A stretch of 32,149 nucleotides of DNA from Candidatus Aenigmatarchaeota archaeon (GTDB lineage: Archaea; Aenigmatarchaeota; Aenigmatarchaeia; CG10238-14; SCSR01): contig JAWCSL010000009.1 of the NCBI GenBank assembly GCA_039090665.1, forward strand, positions 1-32,149, in the 5' to 3' direction. A program made the translations under genes and the position numbers. A model generated the notes under the pieces. The model was not told the origin of the DNA. It searched no databases and was given only the letters and a program-made list of their open reading frames with translations. Of this stretch, positions 9,154 through 18,228 are shown piece after piece; within the stretch, counting starts at the first letter, position 1, and each line of letters begins with the position of its first letter.

Positions 9154-10503
9154 TCAATTTTTCTTCAAATCCCAGAAAGAGTAATATGTTTTGCCATTTT
9201 CCACTATAACCTTTAAAATTTTTGATTTCAAAAGATAATTGAATATGCCTTTGTAGTTTTTTAATTTTCTAATGGAATTATCATCTTCACTAATCTGTTT
9301 TTTTAACAAAATTTGCTTAATAACTTTTTCTACTTTTTCATCAACTTTATACTCTTTTTCCTTCAATCGATCTAAAAAAGATTTGTACTTTTCAAAGCTC
9401 ATTTTTCTTGCAATTTTTATTGCTTCCATTTCATATTGAGGTAAATAATACACAACTTCTTTATTTGTAAAAGGCACTGTTAAGCTTTTTATATCCAAAT
9501 TACGTGAGCGCTTAAGATTAAATATCAAGCTAGCAACATTTGTTTTCCCTTTTTTCAATTTTTTAATTTCTTCTGTTGTGGTTGGACGCGTTTTCAAGAT
9601 TTTATACAAATTTTCCTGGTCTCCACATTTTTTATATAAAATTTTCAGTCCCAAATTTTCTCTCACTTCATTTGGTCTAATCCCCAGCTTATAGAAGGTG
9701 TGTTTTTCTCCCCCGTCAAATAACTCATTTATTCCCTTCTCTGGATTGTTTAACAATTTTTTCACTCCATTAACCAAACATATTACCCAGTTATATCGCA
9801 AATTAAAAACATGGGTTAATTCTTCTGCTATTTTTTCTACTGCTACATTTTCTTCCAATTCTTTTTTAATTGTTTTCAACAATTGTTCTTTTTTATCTGG
9901 ATCAAGTTGAGACTTGGTCTTTTCAATTACCAAAGATTTTTCTTCCAAAAATTTTTCATTTTCTTCCTCAAATAACTCTAAGATCAACTTTATCAATTTA
10001 GTATTACTTTCTATTAGAGTAACTTTACGTATGTTCCCTATCTTCAAATATCCTTTATTTTCAAGTGTAGATAAAACTCTTTCTATTTCTTCTTCTTTAA
10101 CATTGATAATTGATTTACCAAATGGTCGATAAATATTGAATTTTCTTCCCAAACCTTCTACACTATAAGACTTATGTGGGTTTTCTGTTATCCATTTTAG
10201 AATTGTGGAAAATTGTTTTGATCCATCCATTTCACTTTCATCTAAATACCATATTTCATTAGTTGGCACATATTCCTTTTGAAAAGTTTCATACATTCTA
10301 ATTGCTCCAATTTTTTCCAAAGAGGAAAGTAAATCTTGATAATCTCCTGATCCAATCCTATCTATTTCGCTTTTTTCTGTTATTTTATGTTGAGATAAAA
10401 TCTGGAGTATTTGGTACACTTTTCTGTATTTTGGTAATTCTTGTTTGACAAAGGTCTCAATTTCTTGTCTCTCTGAATATTTTTTATTTTTCATGGTTAT
10501 CAA
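9154..10503 (-). CDS. Hypothetical Lys/Glu-rich protein with probable tandem winged-helix domains
   Basis: 449-aa ORF with repeated helix-to-wing signatures (LSSLEKIGAIRM, LSTLENKGYLKI, YLLKSKILKVIVENGKTYYSF). Confidence 0.6.
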   Translation of the reverse strand: MITMKNKKYSERQEIETFVKQELPKYRKVYQILQILSQHKITEKSEIDRIGSGDYQDLLSSLEKIGAIRMYETFQKEYVPTNEIWYLDESEMDGSKQFSTILKWITENPHKSYSVEGLGRKFNIYRPFGKSIINVKEEEIERVLSTLENKGYLKIGNIRKVTLIESNTKLIKLILELFEEENEKFLEEKSLVIEKTKSQLDPDKKEQLLKTIKKELEENVAVEKIAEELTHVFNLRYNWVICLVNGVKKLLNNPEKGINELFDGGEKHTFYKLGIRPNEVRENLGLKILYKKCGDQENLYKILKTRPTTTEEIKKLKKGKTNVASLIFNLKRSRNLDIKSLTVPFTNKEVVYYLPQYEMEAIKIARKMSFEKYKSFLDRLKEKEYKVDEKVEKVIKQILLKKQISEDDNSIRKLKNYKGIFNYLLKSKILKVIVENGKTYYSFWDLKKN

Positions 10504-10542
10504 ATTGTTATCAAAAAATTTAAAGTTTTACTACCAACAAAT

Positions 10543-10869
10543 TTACGCTAAATTTTTATCTAACCATTTTTTGATTAAAGGTTCTGGCATGGCTCCAACA
10601 AATTCATCCACAATTTTACCATTTTTGAACATCTTAACATTGGGTATTGACATGATTTGGTATTTTTCTGCAAGTTTTGGATTTTTATCAACATTAACTT
10701 TCACAAGCAAAAATTTTCCAGAGTATTCTTCAGCAACTTTACTCATTATTGGTGATAAAATTCTACAGGGCATACACCAACTTGCCCAAAAGTCCACAAC
10801 AACCGGTAATTTTTTGGAATTTTCTATTACTTTTTCTTCAAAATCTTCCTCGTTGGCTTCAATTTCCAC
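10543..10869 (-). CDS. trxA: Thioredoxin
   Basis: DFWASWCMPC and SIP motifs; GGGGTGA SD before the GTG start. Confidence 0.95.
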   Translation of the reverse strand: MEIEANEEDFEEKVIENSKKLPVVVDFWASWCMPCRILSPIMSKVAEEYSGKFLLVKVNVDKNPKLAEKYQIMSIPNVKMFKNGKIVDEFVGAMPEPLIKKWLDKNLA

Positions 10870-10999
10870 TTAAATCACCCCATTATGGTTTATTTTTAAT
10901 CCTTTCTTTTAATATAAATAAACAGTAAGTAATTATCAAAAATAATGATATGAAAATTTTTATTGGAACGGGATGTAGAAATCTCATGTTCATAATTCT

Positions 11000-11866
11000 T
11001 TAGATAAGGAAATCTAAAAAATTCCTTCTTTTCACAACTTTTGGTATTTCTTCTATCAAATCGCTTGCAAGCAAACTTTCTCCATATTTTTTGGCTGCTA
11101 GTTCACCAGCCTTACCATTAACAAAGGCAGCTGCACAAGCTGCAGTAAATGTATCAAGTCCACGAGCCAAGTAACAACCACAAATTCCTGCTAAAGTGTC
11201 ACCTAATCCCCCCTTTGTCATATAAGGTGAGCCAGTTTTGTTTATTGCTGTTTTCACACCGTCAGAAATCACATCTATGTGGCCTTTGAGCAAGATAGTT
11301 GCTTGAAGCTCTCTTGCAACATTTGGAACTAATTCCAACCTTTTTTTCAAATCAAGATCAAGACTTATTCCAGACAAAACGAAAAATTCATATGAGTGTG
11401 GAGTGATTATCACTTTTTTTCCTTTTATCACATCTTTTTCTTTGGCTAACGCATGAATAGCATCAGCGTCAATCACAACAGGTAGCTCAACTCTTCTCAA
11501 GAATTCAAGGACGAAATCCTTCACTTCTTCTCTTCTTGACATGCCTCCACCAATCACTACAGCACTCTTACCATTTGTTAGCTCTAAAACCTCATCTAAA
11601 TTTTTTATTGTGAAAAAATCTCCCTCTACAGGAAAAGCTATCAAATCTGGTTTAAAGCTTCTTATGACATAGGCAGTTTTTTCAGGAGCAACTATGGTTA
11701 CCAAATCAACTCCTGCTCTTAAGGCAGCCAAAGCATTGAAAGCTGGTGAACCTGAATAAAGCTTGCTTCCTCCTATAACAAGCAAATGGCCAAAATCATA
11801 CTTTTTTGACCAAGGCTGTCTTTTCTTGTAAACTTGCTTTAATATGCTTTTACCAACAACTTGCAT
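11000..11866 (-). CDS. nnrD: NAD(P)H-hydrate dehydratase (YjeF C-terminal domain, stand-alone)
   Basis: KYDFGHLLVIGGS..YSGSP, VIDADA, ITPH and GGLGDTLAG motifs. Confidence 0.92.
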   Translation of the reverse strand: MQVVGKSILKQVYKKRQPWSKKYDFGHLLVIGGSKLYSGSPAFNALAALRAGVDLVTIVAPEKTAYVIRSFKPDLIAFPVEGDFFTIKNLDEVLELTNGKSAVVIGGGMSRREEVKDFVLEFLRRVELPVVIDADAIHALAKEKDVIKGKKVIITPHSYEFFVLSGISLDLDLKKRLELVPNVARELQATILLKGHIDVISDGVKTAINKTGSPYMTKGGLGDTLAGICGCYLARGLDTFTAACAAAFVNGKAGELAAKKYGESLLASDLIEEIPKVVKRRNFLDFLI

Positions 11867-11948
11867 AATTGTTTTTTCCTCTTGTGAAGAAATAAAACTT
11901 TACCCTAATAGAAAAGTTTAAATTCTTTAAAAAAGTTCAACTTCATTA

Positions 11949-12344
11949 ATGAGAAGAAAATTGCATTCATGGGAGGAAAAATATAAAGAATATTTCTTTA
12001 CAATCATATATTTTATTCCAGATTCATATCCACTTTTGGGTGAAGCAAAACCTTTAAAGTTAGCTAATCTTTGTACGGACGGAAAAAATCTTTTCTATAA
12101 AGAGGATGGAAAAACTTACAAAATTTGTTATTCTAATCTTTATCTTTGTTGCGGGGATGAAATTATTGGCAAATATGATACAGACACTCTGGCTAAAAAA
12201 ATAGAAATTTTAAAAGAAAGAGTAGCAAATATGGCAATAACTAAAAGTAATCTTCCCTTCGGAACAATAATCATAGAAAATACGAGAAGGATAACAGCAA
12301 AAGATGAAATAGAAAGATTAGCAAATGAGCTATTTCAATCATGA
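11949..12344 (+). CDS. Hypothetical protein
   Basis: 131-aa ORF filling the gap between nnrD and ppsA; TTTAAA upstream. Confidence 0.6.
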   Translation: MRRKLHSWEEKYKEYFFTIIYFIPDSYPLLGEAKPLKLANLCTDGKNLFYKEDGKTYKICYSNLYLCCGDEIIGKYDTDTLAKKIEILKERVANMAITKSNLPFGTIIIENTRRITAKDEIERLANELFQS

Positions 12345-12354
12345 ATAAAAAATC

Positions 12355-14655
12355 TTATTTCACTCTACTTTTCCTCAAAGCTTCAAGCAAAAGCTTCCTT
12401 TCAATTTTAACAACTTGCATTCTCACTCTATCTATTGCATCAATATTAACAGAAATGCTGTCTATTCCAGCTTTGACCAAAAACTCAACAAATTCTGGCA
12501 AATTGCTTGGAGCTTCACCACAAATTGAAGTCTCAACATTGTAGCTCTTGCAAACCTTTATCACATATTTAACTAGCTTTTTCACACCAGAATGAGCTTC
12601 TGTGAAGAGCTTTGCAAGCTTCTCATTGTTTCTATCTATACCTAAAACAAGCTGGCTTAAGTCGTTAGTGCCAAAGCTGATGAAATCTATTCCTTCTTTA
12701 CAAAAATCTTCTATAGTTAAAGCTGCTGCTGGTGTTTCCACCATTATACCAATTTTACAATTTGTGGGCAAACCAACTTCTTTTGCTATTCCCCTTGCTT
12801 TCCTGAATTCTTCAACAGAAATCACAAAAGGAAGCATTACATGTACATTGCTTAAACCTTCTTCGTGTAGCCTCTTGATAGCTTCAAATTCTGCTTTCAA
12901 AATCTCAGGCTCATCCAAGCTTCTCCTTATTCCATGCCACCCTAGCATTGGATTGTCTTCTTTTGGCTCATCTCCTCCACCTTCCAAATTTCTGAATTCA
13001 TCTGTTCTTGCATCTAGAGTACGAACCCATACTGGCTTAGGATAAAAAGCTTTTGCTATTGGTCTTATTCCATCAAGCAAAATCTTGATGTATTCTTCTC
13101 TTCTTCCTTCTCTAACAAGCTTTGCAGGATGTATTCCAGCTTTTGTTATCATGTGCTCTATCCTAAGCAAACCAACTCCATCAACTTTGCTTGCTATTTG
13201 CTCAACATTTTCGGGAAAAGCCAGGTTGACTTTAATTTGGGTTACAGTGAGCTTTTCCAAAGCTGGTAACTCCTCTTCAGCTTCAACTTTAACTTCAGGT
13301 TTTTTGATCTCAATTTTGCCAGCATAAACTATGCCTTGGTAAGCATCGACAGTAACTTCTTGCCCATCTTTCAAAACTTTTGTTGCGGTTTGTGTTCCAA
13401 CTATACAAGGAATTCCCATTTCCCTACTTATTATAGCTGCGTGGCAAACTCTTCCACCAGCATCTGTTATTATTGCTGCACACTTGCTCATAGTTGGAAC
13501 CAAATCTGGGCTCGTCATTTCAGTAACAAGTATATCTCCTTTCTCAACTTTTGTTATATCTTGTAAACTGTGAACTATTTTCACTTTACCAGAAGCTATA
13601 CCAGGGGATGCTGGCAAGCCTCTCACTAAAATCTCACCTTCAATTTTCACTTCTTCTTTCTTACCCACAGCTGTAACTGCCCTTGTTTGAACGATGAAAA
13701 TCCTTCCTCTTTCAATGGCAAATTCTATATCTTGAGCTCTTCCATAATGCTTTTCTATAACTTTCCCATATTCAGCTAATTGTAAAATTTGTTCATCACT
13801 TAAAACTTGAGCATTTACTTTTTTTTCAGCCACAGGCAAAATTATTGTTCTGTCTGTAGCTAAATCCCTTACTCTCATCTTTTCTTTTTTCCCAATTTTT
13901 TTCTCCAAAATTCTACCATCTTTTGAGACTCTATAGAAATCTGGCTCAACCTCACCTGCAACTAAAGTCTCACCTAGACCCCAAGTTGCTTCTATCACAA
14001 CTTCATCTTCACCTGTTGTCGGGTTTACGGTAAACATAACACCAGAAGCATCTGAATTTACCATGCGCTGAACAATAACTGCAATGCTAGCATGCTTTAT
14101 ATTGTTTTTAGCGCGATAGAAAATTGCTCTTGGCTCATAAAGACTTGCCCAACATTTTTTCACAGCCTCAAGATAATCTTTTATTCCCTTTACATTCAAG
14201 AAAGTTGCTTGTTGACCAGCAAATGAAGCTGTTGGTAAATCTTCAGCCGTAGCTGAGCTTCTCACAGCAACTAAAGCATAATCTCTACCAGCAGCTATAA
14301 GTTCTAGGGCTTTTGGTGTTATTATTTCTTCCATGAAAGAAAGCTCACGGTAAGCTTCTATGAGTTCGCTTCTCATTCCTGCTGGAAAATCTTGAGAAAC
14401 TATAAGCTCTTTAATCTTTTTTGAAGTTTCTAAAAGTTGTTGAGTGTTATCAACATCGCAAGCTTCTATCAATTCTTGAATTTGGCTTTTAATACCATTG
14501 AGTTCTATAAATTTGTCGAAGGCTTTTGTTATTATAACAAAACCTGGAGGTACAGGCATTTTTATTTTTGTTAGTTCACCCAAATTAGCTCCTTTACCAC
14601 CAGCCAAATTTAAAGAATTTTTATCAAGCTGTTCAAACCAAGCTATAAACTCCAT
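12355..14655 (-). CDS. ppsA: Phosphoenolpyruvate synthase
   Basis: GGKGANLGE, AVRSSATAEDLPTASFAGQQ, phospho-His HAAIISREMG, EDNPMLGWHGIR and SFGTNDL motifs. Confidence 0.95.
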   Translation of the reverse strand: MEFIAWFEQLDKNSLNLAGGKGANLGELTKIKMPVPPGFVIITKAFDKFIELNGIKSQIQELIEACDVDNTQQLLETSKKIKELIVSQDFPAGMRSELIEAYRELSFMEEIITPKALELIAAGRDYALVAVRSSATAEDLPTASFAGQQATFLNVKGIKDYLEAVKKCWASLYEPRAIFYRAKNNIKHASIAVIVQRMVNSDASGVMFTVNPTTGEDEVVIEATWGLGETLVAGEVEPDFYRVSKDGRILEKKIGKKEKMRVRDLATDRTIILPVAEKKVNAQVLSDEQILQLAEYGKVIEKHYGRAQDIEFAIERGRIFIVQTRAVTAVGKKEEVKIEGEILVRGLPASPGIASGKVKIVHSLQDITKVEKGDILVTEMTSPDLVPTMSKCAAIITDAGGRVCHAAIISREMGIPCIVGTQTATKVLKDGQEVTVDAYQGIVYAGKIEIKKPEVKVEAEEELPALEKLTVTQIKVNLAFPENVEQIASKVDGVGLLRIEHMITKAGIHPAKLVREGRREEYIKILLDGIRPIAKAFYPKPVWVRTLDARTDEFRNLEGGGDEPKEDNPMLGWHGIRRSLDEPEILKAEFEAIKRLHEEGLSNVHVMLPFVISVEEFRKARGIAKEVGLPTNCKIGIMVETPAAALTIEDFCKEGIDFISFGTNDLSQLVLGIDRNNEKLAKLFTEAHSGVKKLVKYVIKVCKSYNVETSICGEAPSNLPEFVEFLVKAGIDSISVNIDAIDRVRMQVVKIERKLLLEALRKSRVK

Positions 14656-14692
14656 AGTATTTATTTTATCTTTTATCTCAAATAAATTTCAA

Positions 14693-15211
14693 CTACTCTT
14701 CAACTTCAATCTTCACAGGAGTAGGAAGTTTAAATCCAGCCTTCTTAAGAGCTTTTTTACCTACTTCCAAATCTTCTTTCTTTATTTTCAACATAAAAAG
14801 TCTTTGTCCTTTTTTTGTTTGAACGGCCCTATTAGTTGGTCTACCAAAAGCAAGTCTCATACCTTGAGAATATCTATCAGCTCCTGCACCTTGAGCTATT
14901 GGTTTTTCTCTAATCACATGATGTGGGAAAACTAGAATTTTCAAGAAATAGTTTGATGATCCAAGCTTTGATTCTAGGAATTTGTGAGCAATTACACGAG
15001 CAGATTCTAAAGCATTATCTCTTATTTGTACAGCATTTTTTGCAACTAAATAAAGAGTTAAATTAAATTCCCCATTTTTATTACCCATTTCAAATTGATG
15101 AGTCTTAGGGAAAGGTGCTCCTGCCACATAACTCTTCCTTGGAACTTTCATCGAAACTCTAGTATAAGGCCTTTCTATTCTTCTCATCGTTCTACCAGGT
15201 CTTAAAGGCAT
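14693..15211 (-). CDS. rpl10e: 50S ribosomal protein uL16 (L10e)
   Basis: QIRDNALESAR and FPHHVIREK...GAGADRYSQGMRLAFGRP, the archaeal/eukaryotic-type signature. Confidence 0.95.
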   Translation of the reverse strand: MPLRPGRTMRRIERPYTRVSMKVPRKSYVAGAPFPKTHQFEMGNKNGEFNLTLYLVAKNAVQIRDNALESARVIAHKFLESKLGSSNYFLKILVFPHHVIREKPIAQGAGADRYSQGMRLAFGRPTNRAVQTKKGQRLFMLKIKKEDLEVGKKALKKAGFKLPTPVKIEVEE

Positions 15212-15282
15212 GAAATCACCAATAGATTATACACAATTTATTAAATAAAAACATAAATAAACCTTTTGGTCAAAAAATTTTT

Positions 15283-15807
15283 ATGATTGTGGGAAGAGAT
15301 GTAATAGAAGAAATGGTAAAAAAATTCAAAATAATTCACCCTTTTAATCCCTCTTGTTTGGATGGTGATAGTTACATTTTAACTGTCAGTGAAGATGTGG
15401 AATTGAAATATTTAGAACACCAAAATGTTATAGCTCATGAAATAGTTTTTGTGCCACCTGAGTTTGTTTGTCATATGACAGCAAAGAGCAAATTCGGAAG
15501 GATGGGACTTTCTTTCTTGAATGCCGCCAAAGCACATAGTGGTTGGGTTGGAAGAATTGTTCTTGAAATTGTTAACCTGAACAATGAAAGAAAGCCTGTG
15601 ATTGTGAGAAAGGGAGAACCTTTTATGCACATAGAATTTATAAGACGTGAAGGAAAGCCTTGCCCTTATAAAGGTGAATATCAATTCCAGTATATGAGTG
15701 AAGAGGAAATTGACATGTATATGAAAATAATGCTTGAAAATTGGCCAGGAGTTTTTGATGAAGAATATCTCAAACAAGCTAAAGAAAAAGCTTTGAAAAA
15801 AATTTGA
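15283..15807 (+). CDS. dCTP deaminase / trimeric dUTPase superfamily protein, divergent
   Basis: KSKFGRMG (RSSxxRxG-like), GWVGRIVLEIVN and YKGEYQFQ C-terminal motif. Confidence 0.82.
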   Translation: MIVGRDVIEEMVKKFKIIHPFNPSCLDGDSYILTVSEDVELKYLEHQNVIAHEIVFVPPEFVCHMTAKSKFGRMGLSFLNAAKAHSGWVGRIVLEIVNLNNERKPVIVRKGEPFMHIEFIRREGKPCPYKGEYQFQYMSEEEIDMYMKIMLENWPGVFDEEYLKQAKEKALKKI

Positions 15808-15871
15808 TTTTATATCAAATATTTTATCCAACAGAAATTCTTAAATTAAAGATTCTTTCTTTTTTCAAATT

Positions 15872-17326
15872 ATGTCAAATTGGCCAATTGTCGAAAAAGA
15901 AAATCTCATATTGGGAAATGAGAAATCACCATTGGCAATATGCACACTTTGGTCAAAGAAAGAAGATTTTCTTGTTTTACCAAAAGAAAATTTTTGTGTT
16001 ATAGGCAACCTCTATACAACATATGGGATAAACTCTTTAATAAAAAACTTGCTAGCAAACCCTCGAATAAAGCATCTAATAGTTTGCGGAGAAGATTTGA
16101 GTAAAACAGGAGAAGCTTTAATAAATCTGTTCAAGAATGGTTTAGATGAAAATTATAAAATAATTGGAAGCTCTGCATATATTGACAAATCTATTCCAAG
16201 AGATAAAATTGAAATTTTAAGAAAAAATGTTGAAATAATAGATCTAAGAAATAGGGAAAATGTAAGAGAAGAGATAAAGAAAATTGGTGAAAAGATTCCA
16301 ACTATTGGAGAATTTTTCATGGAACCTTTTTTTGTAAAAGAAGAGGCAAGATGGGAAGAAAATTTAACTAGTGAAGAGATTGGCTTTAGAGTAGAAGGTA
16401 GCATACCAGAAGTTTGGCTCAAAATTTTAGATTTGGTGATGAAATTTGGTGAAATTAAAGAAACCGAATATGGAATAAAACAAAAGGAAATTTTAGATGT
16501 AGTTGCGGTGATTAAAGAAGATGGGGAAATTCCAAAATGGTTTCCGATTTCGGAAGAAAATCTCCAAGAATATGTAGATAATTTTTTCAGGAAAAATAAG
16601 CCAAAAGGTGTTGACTACACTTATGGTGAAAGGCTTTTTGGCCTTGAGCTTAATTTACCATTAAAGATTAAAGAATATTTACAACCTCAAATCATGAAAG
16701 AAACAGACATAATTTTGAATCAAATTGACTTGATTGTTAAGAAACTCAAGATTAAAAAATTCACAAGAAGAGCTATAGCTGTCACATGGAGACATGAAAT
16801 AGATAGTGTTTCTGAAAATCCCCCTTGTTTAATAGAGATTGTTTGGAATGTTAAAGACGAGAAACTCCATCAAACTTGTACTTTTAGAAGCCATGATATT
16901 TGGGGAGCTTGGTTGTTCAACGCCTTTGCTTTAAGAAATTTGCAAAGAGATGTTGCAAAAAGAGTTGAAATAGAAATAGGAAACTTGATAATCTTTTCTG
17001 TATCTGCACATGTGTATGAGAACAATTGGAAAAATGCAACCGAACTAATTGAAAAATATTCCAAGAATAAAGAAATAAAATTTGAAGAAGATCCAAGAGG
17101 TTTTTTTGTCATAAAAATTGAAAATGGAGAAATAATAGTGGAGCACAAACTCAAAGATGGAAGAAAAAGCAAGTATCAGTTTAAAGGAAAAAGTGCTCAA
17201 GAATTATATAAGAAAATCCTAAATGAAGATCTTGTTTCTCGGCTAGACCATGCAGCTTATTTGGGAAGAGAACTTACAAGGGCTGAAATGGCCTTAAAGG
17301 AAGGTAAGGAATATACTCAAGAATGA
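15872..17326 (+). CDS. Thymidylate synthase fused to an N-terminal MtrA-like domain and a C-terminal DUF4346-like domain
   Basis: TS core: YTYGERL, RRA, PPCL, FRSHD, SAHVY. N-terminus AICTLWS..GNLYT..GI...NLLANPRIKHLIVCG is MtrA-like. C-terminus DPRGFFVI...HAAYLGRELTRAE is DUF4346-like. Confidence 0.85.
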   Translation: MSNWPIVEKENLILGNEKSPLAICTLWSKKEDFLVLPKENFCVIGNLYTTYGINSLIKNLLANPRIKHLIVCGEDLSKTGEALINLFKNGLDENYKIIGSSAYIDKSIPRDKIEILRKNVEIIDLRNRENVREEIKKIGEKIPTIGEFFMEPFFVKEEARWEENLTSEEIGFRVEGSIPEVWLKILDLVMKFGEIKETEYGIKQKEILDVVAVIKEDGEIPKWFPISEENLQEYVDNFFRKNKPKGVDYTYGERLFGLELNLPLKIKEYLQPQIMKETDIILNQIDLIVKKLKIKKFTRRAIAVTWRHEIDSVSENPPCLIEIVWNVKDEKLHQTCTFRSHDIWGAWLFNAFALRNLQRDVAKRVEIEIGNLIIFSVSAHVYENNWKNATELIEKYSKNKEIKFEEDPRGFFVIKIENGEIIVEHKLKDGRKSKYQFKGKSAQELYKKILNEDLVSRLDHAAYLGRELTRAEMALKEGKEYTQE

Positions 17327-17365
17327 AATTTTAAATACTCTTGAAATTCAATTCTTATTAGGTTT

Positions 17366-17373
17366 GGAGGTGA
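17366..17373 (+). promoter_or_regulatory. Strong Shine-Dalgarno site for the histone gene
   Basis: GGAGGTGA 4 nt upstream of the ATG at 17378. Confidence 0.8.
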
Positions 17374-17377
17374 ATAA

Positions 17378-17542
17378 ATGGCTGTAGTTGTTAAATCTGC
17401 TGTCAGAAATTTACTTAAAGAAATGAGAGCAAGCGAAGATTTCTGGAAAGCACTAGATGCTGCTGTGACTGCTGAAGTTAAAAAAGCAATAGAGAGAGCA
17501 AAAGCAAATGGCAGAAAGACAGTAAGAGGTTGTGATCTTTAA
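17378..17542 (+). CDS. Histone-fold protein of the short alpha3 / face-to-face (DUF1931-like) type, 54 aa, absent from the ORF track
   Basis: MAVVVKSAVRNLLKEMRASEDFWKALDAAVTAEVKKAIERAKANGRKTVRGCDL carries the RAKANGRKTV..DL histone L2 motif and stops immediately after it; strong SD. Confidence 0.9.
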   Translation: MAVVVKSAVRNLLKEMRASEDFWKALDAAVTAEVKKAIERAKANGRKTVRGCDL

Positions 17543-17545
17543 ATT

Positions 17546-17589
17546 TTTCCCTTCATTTCAAATTCGAAGGGAAACTTTTTTTTATTTTT
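17546..17589 (+). terminator. Hairpin plus poly-T terminator after the histone gene
   Basis: TTTCCCTTC (17546-17554) pairs with GAAGGGAAA (17566-17574), followed by CTTTTTTTTATTTTT. Confidence 0.65.
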
Positions 17590-17637
17590 CTTTTAAAATT
17601 AAAAATTTATTAAGTTGTGTGTGTAATTTAATTTTTA

Positions 17638-18207
17638 ATGGTGAATTTTGTTGTTGGTATAACAGGAACTATAGGCTCTGGTAAAGAGTTGGTGAAAGAA
17701 GCTCTTGCTCGGAACTTTAGTTGTTATTCTGTTACTCTTTCTTCAGTAATCCAAGCTCAAGTAAAGAAACAAGTTGACAGAAAAACTTTACAAGATATGG
17801 GAAATGAGTTGAGAAAAAAATATGGTAATTTTATCCTTGCCAAACTTGCTACAGATTACTTGCAAAGAGATAAGGAAATGATAATAGTGGATGGAATAAG
17901 GAATCCGGGTGAAGTTGAATATTTGAGAAAAACTTTTGGAAATAAATTTTTCCTGATTGGTGTTGATGCTCCACGTGAATTGAGATGGGAAAGAATAAGA
18001 AAAAGGGCTAGAGAAGGAGACCCTAAAACTTGGGAAGAGTTTGTTACTGTTGATGAAAGAGATCAAGGAATAGGGGAACCTTTATATGGCCAAAGAGTTA
18101 GGGAATGTTTAGAAATGGCAGACTTTTTGATTGTGAATGACGGGTCTCCACAAGAAGTTAATGAAAAAATTTCTAGAATTGTTGAGCAATTGAGAGCAAG
18201 AAGATAA
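17638..18207 (+). CDS. P-loop nucleotide kinase (dephospho-CoA kinase-like / UPF0200-like)
   Basis: GITGTIGSGK, IVDGIRNPGE, R..R...R.R.GD and ADFLIVNDG motifs. Confidence 0.8.
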   Translation: MVNFVVGITGTIGSGKELVKEALARNFSCYSVTLSSVIQAQVKKQVDRKTLQDMGNELRKKYGNFILAKLATDYLQRDKEMIIVDGIRNPGEVEYLRKTFGNKFFLIGVDAPRELRWERIRKRAREGDPKTWEEFVTVDERDQGIGEPLYGQRVRECLEMADFLIVNDGSPQEVNEKISRIVEQLRARR

Positions 18208-18228
18208 AAGAGCTATTTTTATATTGTT

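Noticed and set aside
12602..13566. Antisense ORFs within ppsA, and similar ones inside gdhA, trxB, the TS fusion, the DUF1512 gene and metG
   Set aside because: Shadow frames of well-supported genes, with the Ser/Phe/Ile-rich composition expected from the reverse complement.
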